NCBI RefSeq assembly: GCF_006345805.1 | Contig: NC_043008.1 | Location: 63,302,001-63,366,000 of the forward strand | Reading direction: 5' to 3' | DNA from: Octopus sinensis | Lineage: Eukaryota | DNA length: 64,000 nucleotides | Shown here: piece by piece, positions 12,509 through 25,221 of the stretch | Numbering within the stretch: position 1 is the first letter of the stretch | How the letters are laid out: every line of letters begins with the position of its first letter | Made by a program: the position numbers and the translations under genes | The notes under the pieces: model-generated | Told to the model about the DNA's origin: nothing | Seen by the model: the letters and a program-made list of their open reading frames with translations, nothing else | Databases searched by the model: none

Positions 12509-14686
12509 TTACTTGAAGCCTCTGACGAAGTAGAAGGGGATAGAGCATCACAGGGGGTAAGGGACAGCTGGACGTTTCTAAGGGACAACCTGCTGAGAGC
12601 CACTGACCAGATCTGTGGCTGGTGCAAAGTCCCCTCTCGACCTAGAATAACGTGGTGGTGGAACAATATTGTAGACAGGGCTATTAGAGAAAAGAGACAG
12701 GCTTGGAAGGTCTGGAAAAATGGGGGTAGCAGGGAATTGTATCAGACTGCCAAAAGAGAAGCTAGGAGACAGGTTTATTTAGCCAGAGGGGAAGCAGATA
12801 AGAAAAAATTTGCCAATGTTCTGCACCGTGAGGACCAAAGACTGGAGGTGTTTCGTGTTGCAAGACAGTGTGTGAGAGAGAATCGTGATGTGGTAGGAGA
12901 GAAGTGTGTTCGCATGGAAGATGGTTCACTTGCGCTAAATGAGGATGCAAAGAGAGAGGTTTGGAGATGCCACTATGAAAGGTTGCTGAATGAAGAAAAT
13001 GAATGGGATAAAGAGAGTCTGCCGAATGTTGACCCAACAGAGGGACCAGCTATCCGAGTTGATAGTTCTGTGGTAGCTAAGGCAATTAGAAGCATGAAGA
13101 CAGGGAAAGCCCCAGGCCCATCAGGAATCACTGCAGAGATGCTCAAAATGTCTGGTAGTGTCGGCTATAGCCTAGTCACCCATATAGTTAATCAGGTGAT
13201 ACACAAAGGGGTCATACCCAATGACTGGTGTAGCAGTATAATAGTCAACTGCTACAAAGGTAAAGGTGATGCCCTAGATACAAATAACTACAGAGGTATC
13301 AAGCTGTTGGACCAGGTGATGAAGGTTACGGAGAGGGTCATAGCCCAACTAATTAGAGAGAGAGTTAGTTTAGATGAGATGCAGTTTGGGTTTGTGCCAG
13401 GGAAAAGTACTACTGATGCTATATTCCTGGTAAGGCAGCTGCAGGAGAAATACCTAGCCAAAGATAAGCCCCTGTACCTGGCTTTTGTTGACATGGAGAA
13501 AGCCTTCGACAGGGTCCCCCGATCCCTTATCTGGTGGGCAATGAGAAAACTAGGGATAGATGAATGGTTAGTGAGAGCTGTGCGGGCCATGTATAGGGAC
13601 GCCGCTAGTAGGGTGAGGGTTGGAAATGAGTACAGTGAAGAATTCCGGGTAGAGGTAGGGGTCCACCAAGGCTCAGTACTCAGCCCCCTCCTATTTATCT
13701 TAGTCCTCCAGGCAATAACGGAGGAATTCAAGACAGGATGCCCTTGCTCTAATGCTGAGTCGCTATCAGAACTGGAGGAGAAGTTTCAGGTGTGGAAACA
13801 AGGATTAGAATCGAAGGGCCTCAGAGTCAATCTAGCTAAAACCAAAGTCGTAATCAGTAGGAAGGTAGACAAATCACAAACACCTTCAGGTAGATGGCCC
13901 TGCTCGATCTGTAGAAAAGGTGTAGGTAGAAACTCTATAAGATGCACCAAGTGTAAGCTATGGACACATAAGAGATGCAGCAATGTCAAAGGAAGGCTAA
14001 CTAGGAAGATGGTTTTTGTATGTGGCAGATGCTCAGGAACAATAAACACTGAAAATGCTCTGAGACCAACTTCCGTCACTTTCCAGGGAGAAAAACTAGA
14101 AATAGTTGATAGTTTCCGTTACCTAGGAGACCAAGTCAGCAGCGGGGGTGGGTGTGCTGAAAGTGTAACTGCTAGAGTAAGAATAGCTTGGGCAAAGTTC
14201 AGAGAGCTCTTACCTCTGCTGGTGACAAAAGGCCTCTCGCACAGAGTGAAAGGCAGACTGTATGATGCGTGTGTACGAACAGCCATGCTACATGGCAGTG
14301 AAACATGGGCCGTGACTGCTGAGGATATGCGTAAGCTCACTAGAAATGAAGCCAGTATGCTCCGATGGATGTGTAATGCCGGTACTCACACTCGGCAGAG
14401 TGTAAGTACCTTGAGAGAAAAGCTGGACCTACGAAGCATCAGTTGTGGTGTGCAAGAGAGACGTTTGCGCTGGTATGGTCATGTGGCGAGAATGGATGAA
14501 GATAGTTGTGAGAAAAAGTGCCACACCCTAGCGGTTGAGGGAACCTGTGGAAGAGGCAGACCCAGGAAAACCTGGGACGAGGTGGTGAAGCACGACCTTC
14601 GAACTTTAGGTCTCACTGAGGAAATGACTAGAGACCGAGACCTCTGGAAGTGTGCTGTGCGCGAGAAGACCCGGCAGGACAAGTGA
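12509..14686 (+). pseudogene. Partial RTE ORF (no APE domain): reverse transcriptase lacking YADD, with an inserted PHD-like finger
   Basis: RT motifs KAPGPSGI, NYRGIKLL, QFGFVPGKSTTDAIF, FVDMEKAFDRV, GVHQGSVLSPLLF, FRYLG; TGCPCSNAESL stands where WELLYADDL is expected. Confidence 0.9.
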
Positions 14687-15283
14687 GTCCACAACCCGTG
14701 GCCTTCTACATGGGATGGAGCCAGCCTACGTATGCATACCTTCCCTTCTTGGGACACAAAACTCTACTTGTGAAGACGTGTTGAGGCAAGTGAGGATCAG
14801 AATCGAAATCGATCAATGGAAATTGCGGATGTGCTACCAGTGCCGGTGGCATGTCGAAACTCTGCTTGTGAAGACCCATTGAGGCAAGTGAGGATCAGAA
14901 TCGAAATCGATCAATGGAAATTGCAGATGTGTTACCAGTGCCGGTGGCATGTAAGAGAACTTTCCGTTTCGCGACCGTTGCCAGCACCGCCCCGTTTCGT
15001 GTCCGTTGCCAGCCTCGCCTGGCCCTCGTGCCGGTGGCACATAAAAAGCACCATCCGTTCGTGGCCGTTTGCCAGCTCTGTCTGGCACCAGTGCGGGTGG
15101 CACGTAAAAAGCACCCACTACACTCACGGAGTGGTTGGCGTTAGGAAGGGCATCCAGCCGTAGAAACACTGCCAGATTTGACTGGGCCTGATGAAGCCTT
15201 CTGGCTTCACAGACCCCAGTAGAACCGTCCAACCCATGCTAGCATGGAAAACGGACGCTAAATGATGATGATGATGATGATGA
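12509..15283 (+). mobile_element. Young 5'-truncated RTE-clade LINE with (GAT)n tail, flanked by (TA)n on both sides
   Basis: GC- and CpG-rich island; open frame from about 12509 to the stop at 14686; 3' UTR shared with many short copies; ends gatgatgat|atatat. Confidence 0.92.
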
Positions 15284-15302
15284 TATATATATATATAAAC
15301 AT

Positions 15303-15590
15303 ATAGCTTAGTGGTTAAGGTCTTGCACTCATGATTGAGTGATCATGGGTTCGATTCCTTGACCTGGCATTGTGTTTTGTTTTCGAGCAAAGCACTTCAT
15401 TTCATGTTTACTCTGCGATCATCTGACATGTGGCACCCATTACACCTCTACAGGTAATGTTGATCTGATGGAGAGCGTGAGCTTATGTCTATACAAACAT
15501 TTGATCACTATAAACAAATTATCTGTGTGGTTGTTCGGTAAGAAATTATCAAACCTCAATACGTTGTCTAATGACAGGAAAGTCCATCAT
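15303..15590 (+). mobile_element. tRNA-derived SINE, degenerate
   Basis: tagcttagtggttaagg...gggttcgattcc head (A/B boxes); similar head at 44605-44850. Confidence 0.65.
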
Positions 15591-15633
15591 CATATATATA
15601 TATACATATATATATGCATATATGTATGTATAT

Positions 15634-15740
15634 ATATTGGGTTGTCTGGTGAGTTCGTGCTGATTTATGTAGCTTACTTTTCGACTTATTTTAGAACATG
15701 TTTGAGTCCATAAAATAGGATTTCACTACGCCTCCATTTA
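15634..15740 (+). mobile_element. mariner-type terminal fragment
   Basis: ta|ttgggttgtctggtgagttcgtgctgattt resembles mariner TIRs. Confidence 0.45.
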
Positions 15741-17421
15741 AAGCACGATGATGATGATGACAATAATGACATCAATGACAATGAGAATGATGATGATGAT
15801 GATGATTAGCTCATACCCCAAGTATATCAATATATCTACATATGCGTCTGCCTTAAATATAAAAGCATCATTCTAACAATACAAACATGAAAATCAATTT
15901 TATATGTTTTCTGTAACTCTCTAAAAGAACATACTTATTGTTAATTGGCTATATAATCAAAGATACATTTTTACTCTAATTTTCCTATAAACTTCAGTGA
16001 CATTATTTCCTTGTTTTTACATATATATAAATATATATATATATATATGTATATGTATGTATGTATGTATGTATATATGTATATATATATTTTAAATGTT
16101 ATTACTTCATTTTTTTTTTGGCCGTTTTTTGTTTCCAATAGAAAAATTGGCTTTTAATGCTTTTAAAAGAGTCCAGGAATAGTATGGGACAATGAAATCC
16201 TTGAAAAGCATTCAATAATTGGAAATAAGTGATGTTATTCTAAATTGCTAATTATGAAAAATAACTGAAACATGAAAAGGAAAATAAATTTACAAGCAAT
16301 CATATCCAATAAGAGGAGGAAAATGGAAACAAAAAAAAATAATAAGATGAAAATAGAAAATAAAAAAATAAAATGATGACACAAAATCATGGCCATGATG
16401 ATGATGATGATTACGATGATGATGTTGATGATGATGACAGTGACGTTGATGATGATGATGATGATGATGATGATGACGATGCTGATGATGATAGTGATGC
16501 TGTTGGTGCTGAAGATGTAGGGGAGATATTTTTCTTTGTTAAATAATGAAATCTATTAGGTAATTTAAAATGAAATTTTAAAAAATGGAAAAAAAAAGAA
16601 CATTTGATATAATTGAAATTGTGGTATTTTTTAAAATCTTTCTGCCTAGTTTTTTTTTTGTTTTGTTATTTGGTTTTTTTTTTCTTTTTCTTGTTCAACT
16701 TAGTTTCAAAGAAGGACATTCTTCCCAATTGAATAGCTTTGTAAAGTTGTTGTTTCATTCCTTCGTAGCTGTTGTTTTGTTGTCATTTAAAGGAAGAATT
16801 TTCTTTTTTATGTTTTTTCGTTAGTATCCATTTTTATTTTTACTTTGACTTACTAATTTATTTTTTCAGTTTTCTAGAATGGGCTAATTCCAGATACTTT
16901 TGTTTTTATTGATTGATATATTTTTTTATTTTTTATTTTTTGTTGTTATTAAAGTTAATTCTTTTAAATAGGAAAACTTTTAAGTGATTTTAATTAATTT
17001 TTCAATTAATGAAAATAAGTTAAAAACCTCTGTAAGAATGAAAATTAACAATAAATTAACAATAAAGAAATAAAAACATTTGATTAATCGTTTGTTTTAA
17101 CATGCATTTGTATTGAACTTATAAAGTGCATTCTAGAAAAGAATCAAACTTCTAAGAAATCTAGAATTTTGGAGTATTGACTCATTTTGGTGCATTGTTA
17201 TCATTTTTATAGAAATATTTACATTTTGATTATGAAATGATAAGCCCTTTTATGCAAAAGTTAAAGAATATTCTGAGGGCAGTTTACCTGTAAATAGTGT
17301 TCTAATTGAATACAAGAATAAATGTGATAGTTTCAATGTGAGATTGCTAATGTTGGCTGTAAGAATATCATATCACAGTCCGTGGCTCTTGATATTAATT
17401 CAATTTGAAATATATCTTTAA

Positions 17422-17641
17422 CCCTTTGTTACTGTATTTATTTTGAGATGCTCTGGGTTTCTTTCAATTACTTTAACTATAACAACGAATTTAGTAAAAT
17501 AACTTAGTTATCATTAAGCTAGTGTTACGAACATATATTGTGACTAAGGTTTGGTGGAAGAATTTCATTCAAAACTTATGAAAAAAAAGACAATTGTACT
17601 CAGAGCCGGAGCTGGTTTCAGCCAGGTTAGTAACGAAAGGG
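17422..17641 (+). mobile_element. piggyBac-like MITE copy
   Basis: Homologous to 10623-10842; left TTAA intact, right one mutated. Confidence 0.8.
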
Positions 17642-17760
17642 GTAAGTGTTTCTGCTTAAATATTTCAAGATTACATGGATATTTCTTACAATTCAAGGAG
17701 ATAGTATGATAACAAAAAGTGATATTAAGAAAATACACTTACATTCATACACACACACAT

Positions 17761-17831
<71 letters not shown>

Positions 17832-18234
17832 ATAACATTTAGCTGGCCTCTTTCCTTTTCTCTCAACCAATCTACTCAGAACTCTTTGGTCAGATCAGTG
17901 CTAAAGAAGGTGGTTGCTCAAGGTATCACATAGTGAGACTAAACCCAAATTTATTGGCTGCAAAAGGAATTTCTTAAGTTCTTAATTTCATAGTTCTGCC
18001 TGCACATACATATATGTATACTCTTCTTTCTTCTTTTAACTTAGCATAAATTTTGACCAGTTGTCTACTTCATAGCAAGATTGTGAAAGAAAGCATCTTG
18101 TTTGAACCATCATCCTTTAACCCTTTTGATACCAAACAGCTTGAAACTGCTCTGTAGTACAAATGTCTTGTTTTCAAAATTTCTTAATTAAAATCTTCCA
18201 CCAAACCTTAGTCCATAACAGAGGAATTTTCTAA

Positions 18235-18880
18235 GTTTATTTCAGGACAGTCTTTTTGTGGTTGGCATTGTAAATTGTTTTAGCAACCACATCCTGCCAC
18301 ATAGGGAGGTCGTAATGTGATGACATCTTAGGACAGCTGCGAATCACATGTGTAGTCTTCCACAGAAACATAACATAACCTACACATGCAGTTGCTCCTT
18401 GGGATTACAAGAGTGTCACTGTGTCTCTTGTTCACCAGGTACTTTGTGGAAATCTCCTGTTTCTGGATTGCAAACGCATAGCCTTCAAAGTGTGATGTGA
18501 TGTAGTGGTCTTGTGTCCAAGAGAGGCTACGCTTCCTGTCAATTCTACTGTCTTCTTGAAGCTTCCGAGCAACATACCCATGCATGGTCTTTTTTGTATG
18601 CTGAGCACTTTCCATCCAGATCTTCTCTGAGGTAAAAAAGCCCAGCTGTTTTAAGGCTGTATAGGAGATCATCAGGAACAGAGTGTTTCTTGAGGAGTTT
18701 ACTGCCAACTTGTACAATATTGCTCACTTCACTTTTCAAGACTGCATAAATATATTTATTTTTGCTGCTGTTGTTTAGCAGGTGCTGCCTGAGTGATACC
18801 ATATGACATTCGAAGGCCGTCTGTACTGATCTCAGGCCTCTGTCACCTTCATTTCTTCTTAGGTAGGGCCTGTCAACAGT
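18235..18880 (-). pseudogene. Fossil non-LTR retrotransposon C-terminus (R4/Dong/NeSL-like, zinc-knuckle and RLE region)
   Basis: HGYV..IDRKRSLSW..ITSHFEGYAFAIQKQEISTKYL..CRLC..VED, frameshifted into CPKMSSHYDLPMWQDVVAKTIY (CCHC followed by an RHD-like motif). Confidence 0.7.
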
Positions 18881-20234
18881 TTGTACATTATGTTTCTATG
18901 TATGTATGAATGCATGTATGTATGTATACAGAACAATATCAGGAATGTTTGCATTCACACTGGGTTGCTGTTTTCATTGGATTATTAATCCAGTGTATTT
19001 TGTGTGTGTGTGCATGTATGCATATTTTAAGCTTTGTTGTTGATTATTTAATTTAACCTGATGTATTATTACTGACAATGATGAAGTTATTTCTTGCCAA
19101 GATCTAATCTCGACATTGTCAATGGTATTTTAATGAGGTTTCAATGGTGTTTCAAAACTTTTATACATGTATTTTATTAATCAAGAAGCTGAACATTGAA
19201 TAGAACAGCAAAATGCTAACTAATGCTGAATCAAATTATGACTAGAAACACTCCAACTCAGCTACTTTATTAATGAATGTTGTATCAGTTCCAAGTAGAC
19301 ACTTTCAAATCTTACTATTCTAATTACTTAACTGAGTGGACACAAAATGTCAAAAAACTACTCTAGTGAAAAATATGCTTATTCAACAATGATATTTTCT
19401 GCTTTCAATCAGACATGATTTCACATTGAGTTGATATTATTCTGTCATGTAAAATTTTTTCATTACTTTTAATTACTTTAGTCAATATTTTTGAAATCAA
19501 CCTGTTCAGCTATATTCAAGATCTAACAAATTTAACAAGATTTTAAATTTAACCAGTTCAAAACATTTCGTTTGTTTCTTCACAATTTTTTTAAAAAACT
19601 TTTTTGGAATGAATCATTTCTGGTACAGGTGTTATTTATAATGACGATGTTATTTATATATCAGTCAAACATTTGGTTATTTTATGATGGGGGTATACAT
19701 GTCTGGTGTAAAATGGTATTACACATAAATAGTTGGTTGTGGTTATCTAAAAATAACCTATTGCAGAAATATATTCTAATGCAGAATGCACTCCATACTA
19801 CTCAATGTAGGTACGATGCTCAGTATTCGTTGTTCAACTATCAACAGTTGAACCAACATATGTCGAACTAACACCCATCAACTCCCCACTGGCAGTTCAC
19901 TCAGTTCTTATTTATGGTAAAATGGTTATTCCACTTTCAAGCACGTGGTATTCTTCAGGATTCTCCCATAAAAGATTATTGAATTTCTGTTAAAATACAT
20001 TGCTGTTATCATAATTAATTTTGGAAATAATGATTCATTTGATGAAATAATTTTGTCATTTATTAGCTGGTTTTTGAATATAAATTAATATGGAAATTTT
20101 AGGTGGGATTTTAATTTACATTATTTTAAAACAGAAGGTTTTTGTCATAAATCCAGTGTGGTTTGGATTGTTTGATATTAAAAGTCTTTAACTCTTTTTA
20201 ATATAGATGTAATTCATATAGATGTATCTATATA

Positions 20235-20425
20235 TAGGGAGAGAGTTCACGAAAAAAACAAAAGACGAAGACAGGTGGTGTAGAAAACAACAGATATATT
20301 AGTATAATGCTCAGGAATTGAAAACGTCTTTTACGTTTCGAGCCTACGCTCTTCTACAGAAAGGGACACAGAAAAAAACAAGGAGAGAAAAAAATGTGTG
20401 TCAGGGCTACTGATCTATCTTGATA
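20235..20425 (-). mobile_element. Probable Penelope-like pLTR fragment
   Basis: Same family as 4680-4895 and 32635-32815. Confidence 0.6.
20328..20363 (-). ncRNA. Minimal hammerhead-like motif with U at core position 6
   Basis: CUUU CUGUAGA A GAGC GUAG GCUC GAAA CG UA AAAG: stems I and II perfect. Confidence 0.55.
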
Positions 20426-20640
20426 TAGATATATCTGAAGGAAGACTTTCAATTGTTAGTTTGTTTCATTTGTGTATGTGTGTACAGACAGAGACAGAAA
20501 GATCGCAAGGAGTAAATGTATGACTAAGACCTTACAACGTCAATCCCTTCTGAAATGATAAATGCCATGCAGGAAGTTGCTTCATTATTTCTAGTTATTT
20601 CTAATTGGGCTGGCAGAATTGTTAGTGAATTGGACAGAAT

Positions 20641-21045
20641 AGGTGCAGGAGTGGCTGTGTGGTAAGTAGCTTGTTTACCAACCACATGGCCCCGGGTTCA
20701 GTCCCACTGCGTGGCACCTTGGGCAAGTGTCTTCTACTATAGCCTCGGGCTGACCAAAGCCTTGTGAGTGGATTTGGTAGACGGAAACTGAAAGAAGCCC
20801 GTCGTATATATGTATACATATGCGTGTGTGTGTTTGTGTGCCTGTGTTTGTCCCCCTAGCATTGCTTGACAACTGATGCTGGGGTGTTTATGTCCCCGTT
20901 ACTTAGCGGTTCGGCAAAAGGGATCGATAGAAAAAGTACTGGGCTTCCAAAAGAATAAGTCCCGGGGTCGAGTTGCTCGATTAAAGGTGGTGCTCCAGCA
21001 TGGCCGCAGTCAAGTGACTGAAACAAGTAAAAGAGTAAAGAGTAA
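20641..21045 (+). mobile_element. SINE family A, full length, relatively young
   Basis: CpGs retained; complete head, centre and tail. Confidence 0.9.
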
Positions 21046-21541
21046 AGAGAATGCCTAATGGCATTTCTTCTTGCCTTTACATTCTGAGTTCAAATACTAC
21101 CAAAGTCAACACAGCCTTTCATCCTTTCAGGCTTGATAAAATAAGTCTCAGCTGAGCACTGGATGTAACTGACTTTCCACTTGCTCAGAATAACTGGCTT
21201 TCAACTAAAATTAGAAAAATATTTATTATTTTTTAAAGCAACATTCATGGGTATGACCACTTATTAGACATTTTACAAATTTAACAATATTTTACATTTA
21301 ACCAGGTCAAATCTGTTCCCTCAGTGCAAATTAGCAATCATCCCAAAATGTTTTCTTATGTAGGTGTCATTTAAGATGACACTATTTTTATATCAATTCT
21401 AATGCATAGGGACGTCTTTCCTTTGTTACTTTCCATCATTTGTTTGTGTAGACACCTGATTTAATACCACCACCTGGTACTTTTGGCACCTTAAGCAAAG
21501 TAAACTTTTGTAGGTATTCACTTCAAGTTTATAGTTTTGTG

Positions 21542-21930
21542 TGGAGGCGCAATGGCCCAGTGGTTAGGACAGCAGACTCGTGGTCGTAGGATCGCGGTTT
21601 TGATTCCCAGACCGGGCGTTGTGAGTGTTTATTGAGCGAAAACACCTAAAGCTCCACGAGGCTCCGGCAGGGATGGTGGTGATCCCTGCTGTACTCTTTC
21701 ACCACAACTTTCTCTCACTCTTACTTCCTGTTTCTGTTGTACCTGTATTTCAAAGGGCCAGCCTTGTCACTCTCTGTGTCATGCTGAATATCTCCGAGAA
21801 CTACGTTAAGGGTACACGTGTCTGTGGAGTGCTCAGCCACTTGCACGTTAATTTCACGAGCAGGCTGTTCCGTTGATTGGATCAACCGGAACCCTCGTCA
21901 TCGTAACCGACGGAGTGCTTCCAATTCCCA
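21542..21930 (+). mobile_element. Young tRNA-derived SINE family C with 11-bp TSD
   Basis: TSD atagttttgtg at 21531 and 21931; head tggcccagtggttagg...gtttgattccc; relatives at 24670-24985 (-) and 59980-60285 (-). Confidence 0.9.
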
Positions 21931-23689
21931 ATAGTTTTGTGGATATCTTTCTCCTTCCTTCCCAGCAATTTTGAAAGAACTGAAAAGGGTCCTGAATATT
22001 ACCTTCTTTCTTGATTAAAATATAAAAAAGTAAAACATTTTTATTTTTTTAAAGCCAAAAGAATGGGCTTTATAAAAAATAATGCAAGAAGTTTGTACTT
22101 TTATTTCGTATTCCAATATGTTGGAATTATGACCTCTTCTTCAAAAAAACTTTGCAGAAATGATGTTCTGAATTAACCCCGAAGTATTGAAATAGAATAT
22201 AAAAGTACAACAATCAACTTGTATTATTTCTTATAACTTGCACCGCTGTGGCTTAAAATAAGTTAATAATTCTCTCCTTCATCAAACAATGCTTCATGCA
22301 ATCTATACAACTATAAATAAAGAAATTATATCAGTCTTAATATATGGCTTAGTGTTGTTATTTTCTCTAAATTGATTTATCTCTGACTTGAGTGATTACT
22401 GCTTGCAACATATTTTTAATTTAACTCCAATTTTTTCTCATCCACTGTAACTTTCCTTCGTTTGTCTGTGTGTGTTGAGAGATAGGAAAAAGAAAAGAGA
22501 AATAAAGATAGAGCGCAATAAAGAGAGGGTGAGCGAGTGAGAAAAAGAACTAACTGTACAACAACGGTACTGTTAAAGTATTTGAATCCCATCATTCTGT
22601 TCTGACATGTTGGAATAAAATTTACAGAAGCTTAATATTTAAAAGCTACTTCATCATTATCATTATAAATATCCAAGCCAGCAGCAATGAACTTCTACAA
22701 CTATAGCTTATTGACAAGAGCACAGTTTAAATAGTACTGCAAACTTATTTGATATAAGCGTAGATTTTAGCAGTTCTGTAAATATATTGACATGCTTCCA
22801 TAGTTTAAGCTGTTCAGTAGCAAATTTTGTTGGTATAAGTGGAATAGCTTAAGTTTCTCTTTTAGCAGGACGTGTAAAAATATAGATAAATATTGATTAT
22901 TTATCAAACCTAACACAATTACAAATGACACCTAGATATGAAACAAACAAAAATAGAAGCTGTGATTATATTTTAAAACTGTTCCAGTTTAGGATTTGTT
23001 TTGAAAAATATGATGTGATGTGTGTTTGTGTGTGAGAAAGAGAGATGGAGAAAAAGAAAGATAGAGACTGAACCATTAAGCACAAATCTGCTTTCTCTTC
23101 ACAAGAACTCTCTGCTATTTTCTCGCACTTCTATATATACCCTATTTCTTTCTTTCCTTCTTATTTTCTGGTCTTTTACTAGTTTTCTATTTTGATTCTC
23201 ATTTGTGGATTATTCATTAGATCATTACAGAATATCATTGCAGAATAATGATTTATATAAAAGGACATCAAGTGTAATAGCATAGTCAAGAAGTCCATTC
23301 TTGTGATTAAAGACTTTCATACTCAGTTCCCCTGTACAGGTTCCACAGCAAGTGTCTTCTGCTATAGTCCTGAATAACCAATGCCCAATGGATGAATATG
23401 TATGCATGTATGGATGGAAGTGTGTGTGTCTTTGTATGTCTGTGAGTGTGACTGGTTACAATCTGTACTAAACTATGGACAGTATTGTGTATTGACATTT
23501 CTCTTTCTTCAAATCATCCAGTTGCTTTGTATTTTCAAGAGAAGTGAGATAAAACATCTTTACTTGTAAAATAGGTAAAGGTTGGTGGGAGAAAGGGCAT
23601 TACACAGTTAATGCAAGGCCTCAACAGTATTCATTTGTATAATGGTTAACATTAAAAAATATGAATGTAAAATATTTAGCCAAAAGTTT

Positions 23690-23696
23690 ATACACA

Positions 23697-23771
<75 letters not shown>

Positions 23772-23775
23772 TGTA
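23690..23775. repeat. (CA)n microsatellite
   Basis: Direct inspection. Confidence 0.95.
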
Positions 23776-24099
23776 TTTAGAGTGTTTTGGAAATCCCTTG
23801 ATACAGTTATAATATTTGGAGAGAAGATTTTTTCTTAAAGAGTTAAGATTGAGCAAAGAACCTTTCTAAAAAGTCAAAAGATACTAAACTTTGGGAAAAG
23901 ATTTCACAAAATGTGTGTATGCTTTGCTTTTATAAATGTTATTTATAATAATTATTGTCTTTATCATCCAAAAGAGAAATAATTCTGCATAAGATGTAAA
24001 AGATAGAAATAATTTGTATGGTGTTAGTAACAAAATATTTTGTAAGAAATAGAACTTTTATCATCAGTCTTAAATTTATTTTCGCCAGTGCATATTCAA

Positions 24100-24575
24100 A
24101 ATTGCTGATGTGGTCGAAGACAGTACCACCTGATTGGCACTCATGCCAATGGAATGTTAAAAGCACATCCAAGCATCGGGTGAAACCAGCCCACTTATGA
24201 ATACCCCTCATTCACTGGACATTAAACTTTGCTAAGACCTATTAAGGCAAGTGAAATCAAATCAAATCAAAATCACTGATGTGGCCAATAACAGTACCGC
24301 CTGATCGGCACTCGTGCCAGTGGAACATTAAAAGCTCATCCAAGTGTGATAGTTGCCAGGGCCATGGATTGGCTCTCATACCGGTCGCACGTAAAAACAC
24401 CCACTACACTCTCAGAGTGGTCTGCATTAGGAAGAGCACCCAGGTGTAGAAACTCTGCCAGATCAGATTGAGTCTGGTGCAGCCTTCTGGCTCACCAGTC
24501 CTCAGTCAACCCATCCAACCCATGCCATCATGGAAAGCAAACGTTAAATAATGATGATGATGATGATGATGACAT
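24100..24575 (+). mobile_element. RTE 3' UTR-type fragment with (GAT)n tail
   Basis: Similar to 14760-15283. Confidence 0.75.
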
Positions 24576-24669
24576 ATATATATAAAATATATATATGTGT
24601 ATGTGTGTATAAACATACACACATACCCACATACATACATGTATGTATATATATATATATATATATATA

Positions 24670-24985
24670 GATCACTGTGATCACTGTGACCGACCAAGCT
24701 ATCAGATGTTGCTACACATCGCTGGTCACAATGCGCTTCGCATTGTTTTAGCCTTCAAATGATGCCACCCTACTGGCTAAGCAAGCAGGCCAATAGAAGA
24801 AAGAGTGAGAGAAAGTTGGGCAAAAGAGTACAGCAGGGATCGCCACCACCCCCTGCTGGAGCCTAGTGGAGCTTTAGGTATTTTCACTCAATAAACACTT
24901 ACAACGCCCAGTCGGGGGAATCAAAACCGTGACACTGTGACCACGAGTCTGCTGCCCTAACCACTGGGCCACTGCACCCACCCAC
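24670..24985 (-). mobile_element. SINE family C variant
   Basis: 5' part matches 21542-21720; different 3' body shared with 59980-60285. Confidence 0.8.
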
Positions 24986-25221
24986 ACACACACATAATTA
25001 TACATATATATATATATACTCACATATGTCCTAAGGCATACATAACTTACATAATGCAATAGAAATGTATCAGTTGGAGTTACACATGGAACAAGTTATC
25101 ACAAACTTCTACTAGGACAGTCTTAATCATAAAGCAACAAAAGGATATGACTTTAACAATGTCAGCCACTGAAAATTTTGGGAAAATTAAGAAATTCTAT
25201 ATAAAAATGGAACTTGCTTAC

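Noticed and set aside
14950-15120. CRISPR-like repeat-spacer pattern in the RTE 3' UTR
   Set aside because: Eukaryotic LINE UTR modules; the spacers are themselves related and there are no cas genes
21542-21620. tRNA gene calls at SINE heads
   Set aside because: A/B boxes are present but run into SINE bodies; no full cloverleaf or poly-T terminator
22050-22230. Imperfect inverted repeat with UUGAAGA...GAAA on one arm
   Set aside because: No UH triplet or stem I can be formed; too degenerate to call a ribozyme
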